Part shown: one piece after another, positions 17,298-29,403 of the stretch | How positions within the stretch are numbered: the first letter of the stretch is position 1 | How the letters are laid out: the number at the start of each line of letters is the position of its first letter | Assembly: GCA_963981505.1 (NCBI GenBank) | Contig: CAXCEI010000003.1 | Span: 8,373 to 72,372, forward strand | Length of the DNA stretch: 64,000 bases | From: an uncultured Methylococcales bacterium | GTDB taxonomy: Bacteria > Pseudomonadota > Gammaproteobacteria > Methylococcales > Methylomonadaceae | Reading direction: 5' to 3' | Program-made: the position numbers and the translations under genes | Notes under the pieces: model-generated | What the model was told of the DNA's origin: nothing | Seen by the model: only the letters and a program-made list of their open reading frames with translations | Databases searched by the model: none

Positions 17298-17549
17298 GTG
17301 GAGTGTCGGGTGGGTTGTGGTGCGTGTTGTATTGCCCCGTCTATTAGCTCACCTATTCTAGGGATGCCAGACGGTAAACCGGCCGGGATTCGGTGTTTTC
17401 AATTGACAGAGAATAATCAGTGTAAGCTATTTGGTACGCCTGAGCGCCCTGCGGTCTGTAGTGATTTTAATGCGGTTGTTGATGTCTGTGGTCATGATGA
17501 CCAGCAGGCATTGGCGTTGATAGCAACGTTAGAGACGCTAACGGGGTAA
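17298..17549 (+). CDS. YkgJ-family cysteine-cluster protein (CxxCxxCC zinc/iron-chelating domain)
   Basis: 83 aa. The N-terminal ECRVGCGACC cluster is accompanied by additional conserved Cys residues. A GTG start lies 1 nt after the tusC stop. Confidence 0.7.
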   Translation: MECRVGCGACCIAPSISSPILGMPDGKPAGIRCFQLTENNQCKLFGTPERPAVCSDFNAVVDVCGHDDQQALALIATLETLTG

Positions 17550-17592
17550 TTGCTCGCGGCTATCTGTCTTTGCTAGTTAAAATACCGGTTAT

Positions 17593-17628
17593 AAAAAAAG
17601 GGTGGCTGAAATCAGCCACCCTTTTTTT
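17593..17628. terminator. bidirectional rho-independent terminator
   Basis: The sequence is A7-GGGTGGCTGA-aa-TCAGCCACCC-T7. It sits between the convergent ykgJ-like gene and the EF-G gene. Confidence 0.85.
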
Positions 17629-17658
17629 GGGTGTTAGGTTTAACTAAAAATAGCTAAC

Positions 17659-19743
17659 TTAACTTTTTTCTTGGCGTTCTTTGACTTCTTTAATCACATC
17701 TTCTGCCACATTTTTTGGGCATGGCGAGTAATGTGAGAATTCCATTGAAAACTGGCCGCGACCGGAAGTCATGGTTCTAAGGTCGCCAATGTAGCCAAAC
17801 ATTTCACTTAACGGTGCTTGAGCTTTAACGCGGACACCACTGACGCCTGAGTCTTGTCCTTGAATCATGCCGCGTCGACGGTTCAAGTCACCAATAACGT
17901 CACCGACGTGATCATCGGGCGTAAAGACATCTACTTTCATGATCGGTTCGATCAGTTGTGGACCCGCTTTAGGGATAGATTGGCGGTAAGCCGCTCTAGC
18001 TGCAATTTCAAAGGCAACGGCAGATGAGTCAACGGCATGAAAGCCACCGTCATATAAGGTCACTTTGACATCAAGGCAAGGGAATCCAGCCATAACGCCA
18101 ACACCCATGCTGTTTTTAAAGCCTTTCTCAATGGCTGGCCAGAATTCTCTAGGAACATTACCACCGGTTACTTTAGATTCAAAGACAAAACCTTCGCCAG
18201 GCTCTGCAGGCTCAAGAGTGTAGTCAATTTTACCGAACTGACCAGAACCACCTGATTGCTTCTTATGGGTGTAGCTGTCTTCGATTTTTTTGGTGATGGT
18301 TTCGCGGTAGGCAACCTGCGGCTTTCCAACTTCAACATCAATGCCGTGGGTACGCTTTAAGATATCAACTTTGATGTCTAAATGTAGTTCACCCATACCT
18401 TTTAAGATGGTTTCGCCGCTGTCTTCGTCGGTTTCAACACGGAAAGAAGGGTCTTCAGCGATCATTTTACCGATAGCAATACCCATTTTTTCAGAACCGG
18501 CTTTGTCTTTAGGGGACACAGCAATAGAAATAACGGGGTCTGGGAAAACCATAGGTTCCAGTGTTGCCGGGTTTTTAGTGCAGCATAAGGTGTGACCGGT
18601 TTTAACATTTTTCATGCCTACAACCGCGATAATGTCACCGGCTTGGGCGCTATTGAGTTCGATACGTTCATCGGCATGCATTTCAACGAGTCGACCGATG
18701 CGTTCAGTTTTGCCGGTAAAGCTATTAAGAACAGTGTCGCCTTTGTCTATTTTTCCGGAATAAATCCGAATGAAAGTCAGTGCGCCGTAGCGGTCATCCA
18801 TGATTTTAAAAGCCAGTGCGCGCAGTGGTTTGTCAATATCCACGATGGCGTGTTCGCCGGTTTCAACGCCCTCTAAATCAACTTCAGGTTGTGGTTTAAC
18901 TTCTGTTGGGCTAGGAAGGTAGTCCACAACGGCATTCAGGACGAGTTGGATGCCTTTGTTTTTAAAGGCGGAGCCACAATACGTTGGGAAGAAGGCAAGA
19001 TTTGTGGTGCCTTTACGAATACAAGCTTTGAGCGTTTCCAGTGAAGGTTCTTCGCCATCTAAGTATTTTTCCATCGCATCATCGTCTTGTTCAACGGCGG
19101 TTTCGATGAGTTTTTCACGCCACTCTTCAACTTGATCCACCATGTCAGCTGGAACGTCTTCAATGGTGTATTTAGTCGGGTCACCGGAGTTATCCCAAAC
19201 CCACGATTTACGCGTGAGCAGGTCAACAACCCCAACAAAGTCATCTTCAGTACCGATCGGTAAAACCATGACCAGAGGGTTGGCGCCCAGAACATCTTCA
19301 ATCTGTTTTACCACACGATAGAAATCCGCCCCTAAGCGGTCAAGCTTGTTAACGAGAATAATTCGAGAAACTTCAGAATCATTCGCATAACGCCAGTTTG
19401 TTTCGGATTGAGGCTCAACACCGCCCGAGCCACAGAAGACACCCACACCGCCGTCAAGAACTTTAAGTGAGCGATATACTTCGATTGTGAAGTCAACGTG
19501 ACCGGGTGTGTCAATGATATTTAATCGGTGATCATTCCAGGTGCAAGTTGTTGCAGCGGACTGGATAGTAATACCACGTTCTTGTTCTTGGTCCATGAAG
19601 TCTGTTGTCGCTGCACCATCATGTACCTCACCGATCTTGTGGATTTTTCCGGTCAGTTTTAGAATTCTTTCCGTGGTTGTTGTTTTTCCGGCATCTACGT
19701 GCGCGAAAATACCAATGTTTCTGTATAGCGATAAGTCTGTCAT
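17659..19743 (-). CDS. fusA: elongation factor G paralog (EF-G 2 type), outside the str operon
   Basis: 694 aa. It has GTPase motifs [17 protein letters not shown] and NKLD, and full EF-G domain order. No rpsL, rpsG or tufA is nearby. Confidence 0.9.
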   Translation of the reverse strand: MTDLSLYRNIGIFAHVDAGKTTTTERILKLTGKIHKIGEVHDGAATTDFMDQEQERGITIQSAATTCTWNDHRLNIIDTPGHVDFTIEVYRSLKVLDGGVGVFCGSGGVEPQSETNWRYANDSEVSRIILVNKLDRLGADFYRVVKQIEDVLGANPLVMVLPIGTEDDFVGVVDLLTRKSWVWDNSGDPTKYTIEDVPADMVDQVEEWREKLIETAVEQDDDAMEKYLDGEEPSLETLKACIRKGTTNLAFFPTYCGSAFKNKGIQLVLNAVVDYLPSPTEVKPQPEVDLEGVETGEHAIVDIDKPLRALAFKIMDDRYGALTFIRIYSGKIDKGDTVLNSFTGKTERIGRLVEMHADERIELNSAQAGDIIAVVGMKNVKTGHTLCCTKNPATLEPMVFPDPVISIAVSPKDKAGSEKMGIAIGKMIAEDPSFRVETDEDSGETILKGMGELHLDIKVDILKRTHGIDVEVGKPQVAYRETITKKIEDSYTHKKQSGGSGQFGKIDYTLEPAEPGEGFVFESKVTGGNVPREFWPAIEKGFKNSMGVGVMAGFPCLDVKVTLYDGGFHAVDSSAVAFEIAARAAYRQSIPKAGPQLIEPIMKVDVFTPDDHVGDVIGDLNRRRGMIQGQDSGVSGVRVKAQAPLSEMFGYIGDLRTMTSGRGQFSMEFSHYSPCPKNVAEDVIKEVKERQEKS

Positions 19744-20052
19744 GTCTGTACTCTGAAAATGAATATTAAAATCTTTTTTTGCATAGCTATCATCTACTGC
19801 AACCTTAAATTAAGCCGCAGCTGGGTTGTAAGGTATTGATATGTTAGCAAAACACGCTGTGATGGCTGAGTTAACAGGTTGATAATTAACCAGCTATAAA
19901 TAACCGTATATTCTAACCTAAAATAATAGAAAAATAGAGATAAATCATTGGATTTGATGAAATATTTATTTTAATTTTACAATTTTTTGTACTTAGGCGT
20001 GCTTACGTTAGTGGGGAATGTCTTGTGCTCAACATTTGTGCGGGGGAAATGA

Positions 20053-20084
20053 ATGACTTCTTGAGTGAATTCCCAAGAAGTCAT
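20053..20084 (-). terminator. 11-bp perfect stem hairpin 21 nt downstream of ettA (no adjacent U-tract)
   Basis: ATGACTTCTTG-agtgaattcc-CAAGAAGTCAT was read directly. Without a T-run on the minus strand, an intrinsic-terminator role is uncertain. Confidence 0.3.
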
Positions 20085-20104
20085 CAGCGCTATGGGTTTT
20101 TTGC

Positions 20105-21769
20105 TTAGTTTATTTTCTTGTATTTAATGCGGTGCGGGTTGTCGGCATCAGTCCCGAGACGGCGGTGTCGATCAGTCTCGTAGTCGGCATAGTTGCCTTC
20201 AAACCAGACGACCTCACTGTTGCCTTCGAAAGCCAGAATATGGGTGGCTATTCGGTCAAGAAACCAACGGTCATGAGAAATAACAACGGCGCAACCTGGG
20301 AAACTTAATAATGCTTCTTCGAGTGCGCGTAAGGTTTCAACGTCTAAGTCATTGGTCGGCTCATCTAATAAGAGTAGGTTGCCGCCACTTTTTAATAGTT
20401 TGGCCAGGTGAACGCGGTTGCGTTCGCCGCCGGACAGGTTACCGATGCGTTTTTGCTGGTCAGATCCTTTGAAATTAAAGCGGCTAACATAGGCGCGAGA
20501 AGGCGTTTCGTAATTGCCTACTGTGATGGTGTCTAGGCCGTCGGAAATATCATCCCAAACCGTTTTATTATCATTGAGTTCATCGCGTGATTGATCGACA
20601 TACGCGAGTTGAACCGTGGAGCCGAGTTTTAAAGAGCCGCTATCAGGCGTGTCTTCATTGGCGATCATGCGAAACAGGGTGGTTTTACCGGCACCGTTAG
20701 GCCCAATGATGCCGACAATACCACCGGGGGGTAAATTGAAGTTAAGGTTATCTATCAGTAGTCGGTCACCAAAGCCTTTTTGTAGCGCTGAGGCTTCAAC
20801 AACAACATCGCCCAAACGTGGACCGGGTGGAATGTAGATTTCTTGGGTTTCATTTCTTTTTTGGGTGTCTTGTTGGGAGAGTTCCTCAAATCGTGCAAGA
20901 CGGGCCTTGTTCTTAGCGTGACGGCCTTTGGGGTTGGTTCTGACCCAGTCGAGTTCTGCTTTCATGGCTTTTTGCCGTGATGATTCTTGCTTTTCCTCCA
21001 TTTCAAGACGGTTTTGTTTTTGTTCCAGCCAAGAGGAATAGTTACCCTCCCAAGGTATACCCTGGCCGCGGTCGAGTTCTAGAATCCAGCCTGCGACATT
21101 ATCTAGAAAATAGCGGTCGTGAGTGACGGCTACAACGGTGCCGGGAAAGTTGTGAAGAAAGGTTTCTAACCAGGCAACAGATTCGGCATCCAGGTGGTTG
21201 GTCGGCTCGTCAAGTAATAACATGTCCGGGTTTGAAAGCAGTAGGCGGCATAGCGCAACCCGACGTTTTTCACCGCCCGATAAGGTGCTGATATCAGCGT
21301 CCCAGTCAGGCAACCTAAGTGCGTCGGCGGCAATTTCGAGTTGCCTTTCAAGTTCCCAGGCGCCAGCAGCGTCAATTTTATCTTGTAATTCCGCTTGTTC
21401 GGTGAGCAGTTTGTCAAAGTCAGCATCCGGCTCTGCAAAGGCGTCACTGATTGCGTTGAAGCGGTCAAGAATCGCTTTGGTTTCGGCAACACCTTCTTCA
21501 ACATTGCCCCGAACATCTTTATTAGGGTCAAGTTCGGGTTCTTGTGCCAGATAGCCGATTTTTATGCCGGATTGTGCGCGTGCCTCGCCTTCAATGTCTT
21601 TATCAATACCGGCCATAATTCGCAGTAATGTTGATTTTCCTGAGCCATTGAGCCCTAAGACGCCAATTTTTGCGCCGGGGAAGAAAGACAGGTAGATATC
21701 TTTTAGAATATATTTTTTAGGCGGGACAATTTTGCCCACGCCATTCATTGTGTAGATATATTGGGCCAT
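20105..21769 (-). CDS. ettA: energy-dependent translational throttle protein EttA (ABC-F ATPase)
   Basis: 554 aa. The N-terminus is nearly identical to E. coli EttA ([63 protein letters not shown]). It has two ABC cassettes. Confidence 0.95.
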   Translation of the reverse strand: MAQYIYTMNGVGKIVPPKKYILKDIYLSFFPGAKIGVLGLNGSGKSTLLRIMAGIDKDIEGEARAQSGIKIGYLAQEPELDPNKDVRGNVEEGVAETKAILDRFNAISDAFAEPDADFDKLLTEQAELQDKIDAAGAWELERQLEIAADALRLPDWDADISTLSGGEKRRVALCRLLLSNPDMLLLDEPTNHLDAESVAWLETFLHNFPGTVVAVTHDRYFLDNVAGWILELDRGQGIPWEGNYSSWLEQKQNRLEMEEKQESSRQKAMKAELDWVRTNPKGRHAKNKARLARFEELSQQDTQKRNETQEIYIPPGPRLGDVVVEASALQKGFGDRLLIDNLNFNLPPGGIVGIIGPNGAGKTTLFRMIANEDTPDSGSLKLGSTVQLAYVDQSRDELNDNKTVWDDISDGLDTITVGNYETPSRAYVSRFNFKGSDQQKRIGNLSGGERNRVHLAKLLKSGGNLLLLDEPTNDLDVETLRALEEALLSFPGCAVVISHDRWFLDRIATHILAFEGNSEVVWFEGNYADYETDRHRRLGTDADNPHRIKYKKIN

Positions 21770-21948
21770 GTGTTTAAGGGAGGGGTTGTTTAAAATTGGT
21801 CATTATTCCATGTTATGGGTGAGATGATAATCATTGATTTAAAAATCAATGGAATAACCCGTTGATTGAGGCGGTTCAAAATGGAGGTTTGGTCAGTTGT
21901 GATTATAGGGTAACGGGCTGTGGGTAAAAAAAGGCTGTGTTAGACTAA

Positions 21949-22671
21949 ATGTTTGATCATTTATTTTGTATCATGTCTGAAGCTACTGAAACGCAACCGG
22001 TTGTTCCTGTTTTATATTCTTTTCGACGGTGTCCGTATGCCATCAGGGCGCGAATTGCCATTCATTACAGTGGTTTTAAGGTTTTATTGCGTGAAGTTGT
22101 TTTGCGTAATAAGCCACCATCCCTATTATCTTATTCTCCCAAGGGGACGGTTCCGGTTTTGATTTTGCCCAGTGGTCAGGTTATCGATGAAAGCTATGAG
22201 ATTATGGTTTTTTCGTTGCAGCACAATGATCCGGACAATTGGTTGGAAAAATCGGATGCGCTAAACAGAGCGATGATTCAGGAGTTAATAGCGCAGAATG
22301 ACAGCGAATTTAAGTTCTGGTTAGACCGGTATAAATACAGTGATCGATACCCTGAGCAGTCGGCTGAATATTACCGTGACCAAGGGCAACTGTTTTTAGC
22401 ACGCTTAGAAAATAAATTAGTTGCTAGTTCTTATTTGTTGGGTGATAGGGTCGGGCTTGCTGATATGGCAGTTTTTCCTTTTGTCCGGCAATTTGCACAG
22501 GTTGACCGGAGTTGGTTTGATCAGTCGCCGTATCCTTTTGTAAGAGCATGGTTAGAGCGGTTACTAGCGGCGCCTTTTTTTTCCGCAGTGATGGCTAAGT
22601 ATGTGCCCTGGGATGAGGGTGTTCGTGAGTTTAGTTTCCCTGAGGTGAATGGGTTAGGTAACAAGGGTTAA
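21949..22671 (+). CDS. glutathione S-transferase family protein (thioredoxin-like N-domain with CPYA)
   Basis: 240 aa. The N-terminal GST/Grx2-like fold is present (LYSFRRCPYAIRARIA..., GTVPVL). The start could instead be the ATG at 21973 (MSEATETQP). Confidence 0.65.
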   Translation: MFDHLFCIMSEATETQPVVPVLYSFRRCPYAIRARIAIHYSGFKVLLREVVLRNKPPSLLSYSPKGTVPVLILPSGQVIDESYEIMVFSLQHNDPDNWLEKSDALNRAMIQELIAQNDSEFKFWLDRYKYSDRYPEQSAEYYRDQGQLFLARLENKLVASSYLLGDRVGLADMAVFPFVRQFAQVDRSWFDQSPYPFVRAWLERLLAAPFFSAVMAKYVPWDEGVREFSFPEVNGLGNKG

Positions 22672-22746
22672 TATCAGGTAAAATAAAGAGTTTATTTAAT
22701 TTGATCTGGATTTGCGTTCCAGATGTCATGTTGAGGGTGTTTGATT

Positions 22747-23748
22747 ATGGGTAATTGTGTGGTTACGGCGCTGTATAAATTCGTGCGTTTGGAAGATTTT
22801 AAACAGATGCAAAAGCCGTTGTTACAGGTGTTGATAGCACATGAAATAAAAGGCACTATTCTACTGGCTAAAGAAGGTATTAATGGTACGGTTGCGGGTT
22901 CAAGAGCCGCGATTGATGTGCTTTATAACTGGTTTGACAGTGATACACGTTTAGCAGGTATAAATTATAAAGAGTCGCTGGATGAAACGGTCCCTTTTTA
23001 TCGCACCAAGGTTAAATTGAAAAAAGAGATTGTGACGATGGGCGTTGAGGCCATTGATCCGACTCAAATAGTTGGTACCTATGTTAAGCCCAGTGACTGG
23101 AATGACTTGATTGCTGATCCTGATGTCTTATTGGTTGATACCCGTAATGATTATGAGGTCAATATTGGTCAGTTTCAGGGTGCAATTAACCCTGAAACGG
23201 CTACTTTTCGTGAATTCCCACAGTATGTTAAGGATAACTTAAGCCCCGGGCACCATAAGAAGGTGGCGATGTATTGTACCGGTGGGATACGGTGCGAAAA
23301 ATCAACGGCTTACTTAAAAGACCAAGGTTTTGAAGAGGTTTATCATCTTGAAGGGGGGATCCTGAAATATTTAGAGGAGATTCCAGAATCTGAATCGATG
23401 TGGCAGGGCGAATGTTTTGTTTTCGATAATCGCGTGGCCGTTAACCATGATTTAACGAAGGGGCGCTATGATCAGTGTTTTGCTTGTCGTTATCCGGTGA
23501 GTGAAATAGACAAAGCGAGTGTACATTATGTGCAGGGCGTGAGTTGTCCCCATTGTTTTGACAAGGTGAGTGAGCATCAGCGGCGACGTTTTGAAGAGCG
23601 TGAAAAGCAGGTGGAGTTAGCCCGTGTAAGGGGCCTTCAGCATATTGGTTCGGATGCTAAAGTCGATAATCAAGAACAACGCGCGTTAAAATACCGTTAT
23701 AAGGAACAACAGCGTGAGGCATTGGCAGCGCAAAAGCGTTTGGCTTAA
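22747..23748 (+). CDS. trhO: rhodanese-domain tRNA uridine(34) hydroxylase TrhO/YceA (UPF0176)
   Basis: The tracked ORF is 22741..23748. I prefer the ATG at 22747 ([13 protein letters not shown]). The rhodanese active-site loop is [11 protein letters not shown]. Confidence 0.8.
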   Translation: MGNCVVTALYKFVRLEDFKQMQKPLLQVLIAHEIKGTILLAKEGINGTVAGSRAAIDVLYNWFDSDTRLAGINYKESLDETVPFYRTKVKLKKEIVTMGVEAIDPTQIVGTYVKPSDWNDLIADPDVLLVDTRNDYEVNIGQFQGAINPETATFREFPQYVKDNLSPGHHKKVAMYCTGGIRCEKSTAYLKDQGFEEVYHLEGGILKYLEEIPESESMWQGECFVFDNRVAVNHDLTKGRYDQCFACRYPVSEIDKASVHYVQGVSCPHCFDKVSEHQRRRFEEREKQVELARVRGLQHIGSDAKVDNQEQRALKYRYKEQQREALAAQKRLA

Positions 23749-23877
23749 AGAGAGCGAATTGTTTTATAGTCATTTCGTTATAATTACGTTATAAATTACT
23801 CGATGGGGCAAAAGAAACTGTTGTCAGTTTTGAATTGAGTGGCCGTTCTAATATTTTAACCATTTTGAGATAAATGA

Positions 23878-24753
23878 ATGATTGAAGGTAGTATTGTTGC
23901 GTTAGTGACACCTATGACTGTTGACGGGGAGATTGATTATGCGAGTCTTGATCAGCTAGTCGAATTTCATATTGAGCAGAAAACAGATGCGATTGTTGCG
24001 GTAGGCACAACCGGAGAGTCGGCCACGCTTGATGAAAATGACCATATGGCCGTTGTTCAGGCGGTGGTTAAGCAGGTTAATGGTCGTATTCCCGTGATAG
24101 CCGGTACCGGGGCTAATTCCACTACAGAGGCCATAACACTCACGCAGCGTGCAAAAGAAGTGGGTGCGGATGCTTGTTTATTGGTGACGCCTTATTATAA
24201 CAAGCCGACTCAAGAAGGGCTTTTTTTACACTATCAAGCGATTGCAGAAGCGGTTGATATTCCCCAGATATTGTATAACGTTCCCGGGCGGACGGCCTGT
24301 GACATGTTGCCAGAAACCGTGGCGCGATTATCAGTCATTGGCAATATTGTGGGTGTCAAAGAGGCCACCGGTGACCTTGACCGTGTGTTAGCGTTGCGTG
24401 ATTTATGTGGCGATGATTTTGCGCTTTATTCGGGGGATGATGCTTCTTCGTGTGCGTTTTGTTTATTAGGCGGACAGGGTGTCATTACGGTTACCGGAAA
24501 TGTTGCGCCTCGGTTAATGCATGATATGGTGGTTGCGGCTATAGCGGGCGATCGTGCGACAGCATTGGCTGTTGATGAGAAATTAACGGGCTTACATACG
24601 CACTTATTTGTTCAGGCAAATCCAATTCCGGTTAAATGGGCAGTCAGTGAAATGGCATTGATCAAAACGGGTATTCGTTTGCCATTAACGTGGCTTACGT
24701 CGGATTGTTTTGCGCAGCTCAAAGAAGCAATGCAGCAAGCAGAAGTGATCTAA
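23878..24753 (+). CDS. dapA: 4-hydroxy-tetrahydrodipicolinate synthase
   Basis: 291 aa with motifs GTTGES, YNVPGRT and the KEATG catalytic Lys context. Confidence 0.95.
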   Translation: MIEGSIVALVTPMTVDGEIDYASLDQLVEFHIEQKTDAIVAVGTTGESATLDENDHMAVVQAVVKQVNGRIPVIAGTGANSTTEAITLTQRAKEVGADACLLVTPYYNKPTQEGLFLHYQAIAEAVDIPQILYNVPGRTACDMLPETVARLSVIGNIVGVKEATGDLDRVLALRDLCGDDFALYSGDDASSCAFCLLGGQGVITVTGNVAPRLMHDMVVAAIAGDRATALAVDEKLTGLHTHLFVQANPIPVKWAVSEMALIKTGIRLPLTWLTSDCFAQLKEAMQQAEVI

Positions 24754-25427
24754 TGCTCAAGTTCGAAAGTTCAGGTGCTGTGCTGGGGTGGCGGTTGTTA
24801 CTACTGATGGCCATTATGATTATTTCCGGGTGTACCCGTATTAAGAGCTACTTTCCTGACAAGCAAATTGATTACCGACACAGTGCTGAATTACCGGTTT
24901 TAGAAATACCGGTAGATTTACTAAACAATGAGTTGGCCAGACAAATCGATGAAGTTAAAAGAGCCGCCAAGGTTGTTGAAACGACAATGGTTCAATCATC
25001 GGCTACGTTACCAGAACAGCAGGTGCTGCCCCTAACACAGGTCGTTCGACTGGTAAGTTATACCGGAGGGTCGCCCCGGCTGGAAATAGCTAAATCGTAT
25101 GATTTAGCTTGGCGTATTGTTGGTAAAGCATTGATTCGTGAAGGCATAGAAATCGTTGCCAGAAATCAGGCGAATGCGGTTTATTTTATTCAATATGACT
25201 GGAATGAGTCGCCGATAGAAGACGGTTCGCTATGGAATGAGTTTGATTTTATTTTTGGCGAAGATCCAACCCGCGAGCAAGAATATCAAATCAGAGTGTT
25301 TGACAGTCATGGTCAGAGTGACATCATGCTATTGGATAAAAACGCGGACACACCTCCGCAACATGAAAGTTTACCAATATTGAAAATTTTAGAGCAGGCC
25401 ATCAAAGAAGATTTGGCCGACGAATGA
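24753..25427 (+). CDS. bamC: outer-membrane protein assembly factor BamC (lipoprotein)
   Basis: It lies immediately downstream of dapA, as in many Gammaproteobacteria. I prefer the ATG at 24753 (TAATG overlap), giving [27 protein letters not shown] with lipobox ISGC. The motif DYRHSAELPVLEIPVDL resembles the conserved BamC N-terminal segment. The tracked start at 24690 overlaps dapA and is unlikely. Confidence 0.7.
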   Translation: MLKFESSGAVLGWRLLLLMAIMIISGCTRIKSYFPDKQIDYRHSAELPVLEIPVDLLNNELARQIDEVKRAAKVVETTMVQSSATLPEQQVLPLTQVVRLVSYTGGSPRLEIAKSYDLAWRIVGKALIREGIEIVARNQANAVYFIQYDWNESPIEDGSLWNEFDFIFGEDPTREQEYQIRVFDSHGQSDIMLLDKNADTPPQHESLPILKILEQAIKEDLADE

Positions 25428-25484
25428 CAAAAACACATCTAACCATTTCGTCGAGATGATTAGATATTACCGAAAAAAATCACC

Positions 25485-28400
25485 ATGCTAAGACTATCAG
25501 GCCCTAAGGCACTTTCTTTATTTCGAACTGAAAAATTATTACAAGAACTGCAGGCTATTAACAGGCACATTAGTGCTTTGTCAGCACGCTATGTTCACTT
25601 TGTTAATGTTGATGGGCCGACTTTGCCTGCAGAGCAGTTAACACAGTTAGAGCAATTGCTCGATTATGGGGATGCGCTTAAAACGACAGCTGATGATGGT
25701 TTTCCAATTTTAGTGATTCCCCGGGAAGGAACTATTTCACCGTGGTCGAGTAAGGCAACGGAGATTGCGCAGCGTTGTGGGTTGGTCGGTGTTTTACGGC
25801 TGGAGCGAGCGATTGAATACCGTTTGACGGTTCAAGAGGATGCCGAGGTGAGCGCTGACCTGGCATCTTTGGCTGAGACTTTATATGACCGGATGACCCA
25901 AGCGATTTGTTTGGAGTCAGAGTGCCCTGACATCTTTGAACAGGCAGAACCGAAACCGTTAGCAACTATTGCGGTTTTAGAAGCGGGACGAGACGCCTTG
26001 GTGCAAGCAGATGAAAGTCTGGGGTTGGCATTGTCAGCAGATGAAATAGATTATTTGCTGACCAGTTTTCAGGACTTGGGTCGAGACCCGACGGATGTGG
26101 AATTAATGATGTTCGCGCAGGCTAATTCTGAACATTGCCGGCATAAAATATTTAATGCGCAGTGGACTTTAGACGGTGTTGAGCAGGGACAAACCTTGTT
26201 TGGTATGATTCGCAATACTTATCATTGTAACCCGAAAGGGGTGTTGTCGGCCTACAGTGATAATTCCTCTGTCATCGAAGGTTCCCCTGCGCAGGTCTTT
26301 ATCCGTAATCCTATTACTGGCCAATATGGCTATGTCGATGAGGATGCCCATGTTTTGATGAAGGTCGAAACACACAACCATCCAACCGCTATTTCGCCAC
26401 ACCCCGGAGCGGCTACCGGTTCGGGTGGCGAAATTAGAGACGAAGGAGCCACCGGGTTAGGTTCCCAAACCAAGGCTGGGTTAACGGGTTTTTCGGTGTC
26501 TAATTTAAAAATACCCGGGTTGTCGCAGCCGTGGGAAGTTGATTACGGTAAGCCTGAGCGTATTGCTTCGGCATTGGCTATTATGCTTGAGGCGCCAGTT
26601 GGCGGTGCCGCGTTTAATAATGAATTTGGGCGTCCGAATTTAGCCGGTTATTTTCGTAGTTTTGAGCAACCCGCAGTAGCTTCTGAGAGTCATCATTTAT
26701 TGGGCTATCATAAGCCTATTATGATCGCTGGGGGAATGGGTAATATTCGGCCCATGTTGGTCAATAAAAATACCATCCCACCCGGTGCACTTATTATTGT
26801 TCTAGGGGGCCCGGCAATGTTAATCGGGCTCGGTGGCAGTGCGGCCTCTTCACAATCGTCAGGTGAAATTTCAGCGCAGCTAGATTACGCTTCGGTACAA
26901 CGTGAAAATCCAGAAATGGAGCGGCGATGTCAGGAAGTCATTAATCATTGTTCGGCGCTCGGCGATAAAACGCCGATCGTTTCTATTCATGATGTTGGGG
27001 CCGGTGGTTTATCCAATGCGGTTCCGGAAATTATTCATGACTGCGACCGGGGTGGCCGCTTTGAATTACGTAAAATATTAAATGCCGACCAAGGTATGTC
27101 GCCGATGCAGATTTGGTGTAATGAAGCGCAAGAGCGTTATATCTTAGCGATCATGCCAGAATCATTACCGTTGTTTGAATCCTTCTGTCAGAAAGAAAAA
27201 TGTCTTTATGCTGTTATTGGCGAAGCCATCGAGGATGAACAATTACAATTAACCGATGCGTTGCTAAAAGACGATGCCGTTAATTTGCCGATGTCTCTAC
27301 TTTTTGGTAAGGCGCCTAAAATGCACCGTGATGTTAAGCGCCAAGTCCCAAGCCTTAACAAACTGGATGCGTCCGGGGTGACGTTGCCAGAAGCTGTTAA
27401 GCGTGTGTTATCTTTTCCTGCCGTTGCCGATAAAAGTTTTCTTATTACCATTGGTGACCGTTCGGTGACGGGGTTGGTCGTTCGAGATCAAATGGTGGGC
27501 CCGTGGCAAGTGCCTGTTGCCGATGTTGCTGTTACCGCTTCTGGTTTTTATGCTAAGACCGGTGAAGCCATGGCAATGGGGGAAAGAACACCGGTCGCTG
27601 TTATCAATGCGCCGGCATCAGGACGATTAGCGATTGGCGAGGCGTTAACGAATCTTGCGGCAGCGGCTATTGGTGAATTAGGGCAGGTTAAGTTGTCGGC
27701 TAACTGGATGGCGGCCGCCGGTTTTGGTGGTGAAGATGCGGCCTTGTTTGAAACGGTCAAGGCGGTGGGTATGGAATTGTGTCCCGCTTTGGGGATTGCT
27801 ATTCCGGTAGGTAAGGATTCATTGTCGATGAAAACGGTTTGGAAAGAAGATGATCAAGCTAAGTCGATGACATCACCGGTCTCTTTGATAACAACCGCAT
27901 TTGCACCGGTTAATGATATTTACAAAACATTAACCCCTGAGCTTCAAAATACGGACAGTGTATTAATATTAATTGATTTAGGGCAAGGGAAGAATCGCTT
28001 AGGCGGTTCGGTTTTAGCGCAGGTTTATCAGCAATTAGGGGATCTGGCGCCGGACCTTGACGATGTGATTTTATTTAAATCCTTTTTTGACGCTATTCAG
28101 GTACTGAATCAACGTGGCTTGTTATTGGCTTATCATGACCGCTCTGATGGTGGCTTGTTAGCGGCGGCTGCAGAAATGATGTTTGCCAGTCGCTTAGGGG
28201 TGTCGCTCACCTTAGACGCCTTGGGCGAGGATAGTTTGGCGGCGTTATTTAATGAGGAGTTAGGCGCGGTTATCCAGGTCTCAGCGGCTCACAAAGATGC
28301 TGTTTTAGCACATCTTGGTCAGGCTGGGTTATCGACCTGTAGTCATGTGATCGGTACGCTTAATACCTTAGCTGAGTTAACTATTCAAACTGGTGGTGCC

Positions 28401-29369
28401 GTTGTTTATGCGCAATCAAGGGCCCAACTACAGCAAAACTGGTCAGAAACCAGTTTTCATATGCAAGCATTACGTGATAATCCTGCGTGTGCCGAGCAGC
28501 AGTTTAGCCGGATTTTAGATGATAACGATCCGGGGCTAAAGGCAGAGTTATCCTTTGATGTACATGAAGATATAACCCGTCCATTTATCGGTAGTTATAG
28601 GCCGAAGGTGGCGATCTTAAGAGAGCAGGGTGTTAATGGCCATGTGGAAATGGCAGCCGCATTTGATCGGGCGGGGTTTACCGCGGTTGATGTTCACATG
28701 AGTGACCTATTGGATCAGCGTGTTTCTTTGCGTGAATTCCAAGGTATTGTTGCCTGCGGAGGGTTTTCTTATGGGGATGTTTTAGGTGCCGGCGGGGGCT
28801 GGTCAAAGTCTATTTTGTTTAATGATTATGCGCGCGCACAATTTCAAGATTTCTTTAATCGAGACGATACCTTTGGGTTAGGTGTTTGTAATGGCTGTCA
28901 AATGCTTTCCGGATTGAAAAGTTTAATCCCCGGGACGGCACATTGGCCGCAATTTGTCGGTAATATTTCAGAGCAGTTTGAGGCCCGTGTGGCCATGGTT
29001 GAAGTCATGGCATCACCTTCGATTTTATTGTCCGGAATGGCCGGGTCGAGAATGCCGGTTTCTATTGCACACGGTGAGGGGCGAGCACTTTTTCAAACGG
29101 GTCAGTTAGAGGCCGCGCTTGAAGCCCGTCAGGTTGCTTTAGCTTATGTTGATAATTACGGTCAACCGACGACAGCGTTTCCCGCTAACCCGAACGGATC
29201 AGTCGGGGGTGTGACCGGGCTCACTTCTGAAAATGGTCGTTTTACCATTATGATGCCGCATCCTGAACGTTGTTTTAGAACCATTCAGAATTCTTGGCAT
29301 CCTGAGGGTTGGGGTGAATATAGTCCGTGGATGCGCCTGTTTGCAAATGCCCGTAAATGGTTGGGGTAA
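25485..29369 (+). CDS. purL: phosphoribosylformylglycinamidine synthase, single-chain large form
   Basis: 1294 aa. It is similar to PurL over its full length, with a C-terminal glutaminase domain ([13 protein letters not shown]). Confidence 0.97.
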   Translation: MLRLSGPKALSLFRTEKLLQELQAINRHISALSARYVHFVNVDGPTLPAEQLTQLEQLLDYGDALKTTADDGFPILVIPREGTISPWSSKATEIAQRCGLVGVLRLERAIEYRLTVQEDAEVSADLASLAETLYDRMTQAICLESECPDIFEQAEPKPLATIAVLEAGRDALVQADESLGLALSADEIDYLLTSFQDLGRDPTDVELMMFAQANSEHCRHKIFNAQWTLDGVEQGQTLFGMIRNTYHCNPKGVLSAYSDNSSVIEGSPAQVFIRNPITGQYGYVDEDAHVLMKVETHNHPTAISPHPGAATGSGGEIRDEGATGLGSQTKAGLTGFSVSNLKIPGLSQPWEVDYGKPERIASALAIMLEAPVGGAAFNNEFGRPNLAGYFRSFEQPAVASESHHLLGYHKPIMIAGGMGNIRPMLVNKNTIPPGALIIVLGGPAMLIGLGGSAASSQSSGEISAQLDYASVQRENPEMERRCQEVINHCSALGDKTPIVSIHDVGAGGLSNAVPEIIHDCDRGGRFELRKILNADQGMSPMQIWCNEAQERYILAIMPESLPLFESFCQKEKCLYAVIGEAIEDEQLQLTDALLKDDAVNLPMSLLFGKAPKMHRDVKRQVPSLNKLDASGVTLPEAVKRVLSFPAVADKSFLITIGDRSVTGLVVRDQMVGPWQVPVADVAVTASGFYAKTGEAMAMGERTPVAVINAPASGRLAIGEALTNLAAAAIGELGQVKLSANWMAAAGFGGEDAALFETVKAVGMELCPALGIAIPVGKDSLSMKTVWKEDDQAKSMTSPVSLITTAFAPVNDIYKTLTPELQNTDSVLILIDLGQGKNRLGGSVLAQVYQQLGDLAPDLDDVILFKSFFDAIQVLNQRGLLLAYHDRSDGGLLAAAAEMMFASRLGVSLTLDALGEDSLAALFNEELGAVIQVSAAHKDAVLAHLGQAGLSTCSHVIGTLNTLAELTIQTGGAVVYAQSRAQLQQNWSETSFHMQALRDNPACAEQQFSRILDDNDPGLKAELSFDVHEDITRPFIGSYRPKVAILREQGVNGHVEMAAAFDRAGFTAVDVHMSDLLDQRVSLREFQGIVACGGFSYGDVLGAGGGWSKSILFNDYARAQFQDFFNRDDTFGLGVCNGCQMLSGLKSLIPGTAHWPQFVGNISEQFEARVAMVEVMASPSILLSGMAGSRMPVSIAHGEGRALFQTGQLEAALEARQVALAYVDNYGQPTTAFPANPNGSVGGVTGLTSENGRFTIMMPHPERCFRTIQNSWHPEGWGEYSPWMRLFANARKWLG

Positions 29370-29403
29370 TGAAAGGTCTGATTTGTTTGAGGAATAATGT
29401 GTT

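Noticed and set aside
21166-21554. 121-aa (minus, alternative frame) and 118-aa (plus) ORFs inside ettA
   Set aside because: Both lie wholly within the ettA coding region, which is near-identical to E. coli EttA. These are alternative-frame and antisense artefacts. The same reasoning applies to the many 60-113-aa ORFs inside purL, infB, pnp, fusA, aceE and xoxF.
21832-21851. Palindrome CATTGATTT-aa-AAATCAATG in the ettA/GST divergent region, containing TTGAT...ATCAA as in an FNR/CRP-family box
   Set aside because: The half-sites are separated by 6 nt, not the 4 nt required for FNR (TTGAT-N4-ATCAA). It has no supporting context, and AT-rich palindromes are common in promoter regions. I noted it but do not call it a site.
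24690-24752. Upstream extension of bamC proposed by the ORF track
   Set aside because: It overlaps the dapA 3' end. The ATG at 24753 gives a normal lipoprotein signal peptide (…IISGC).
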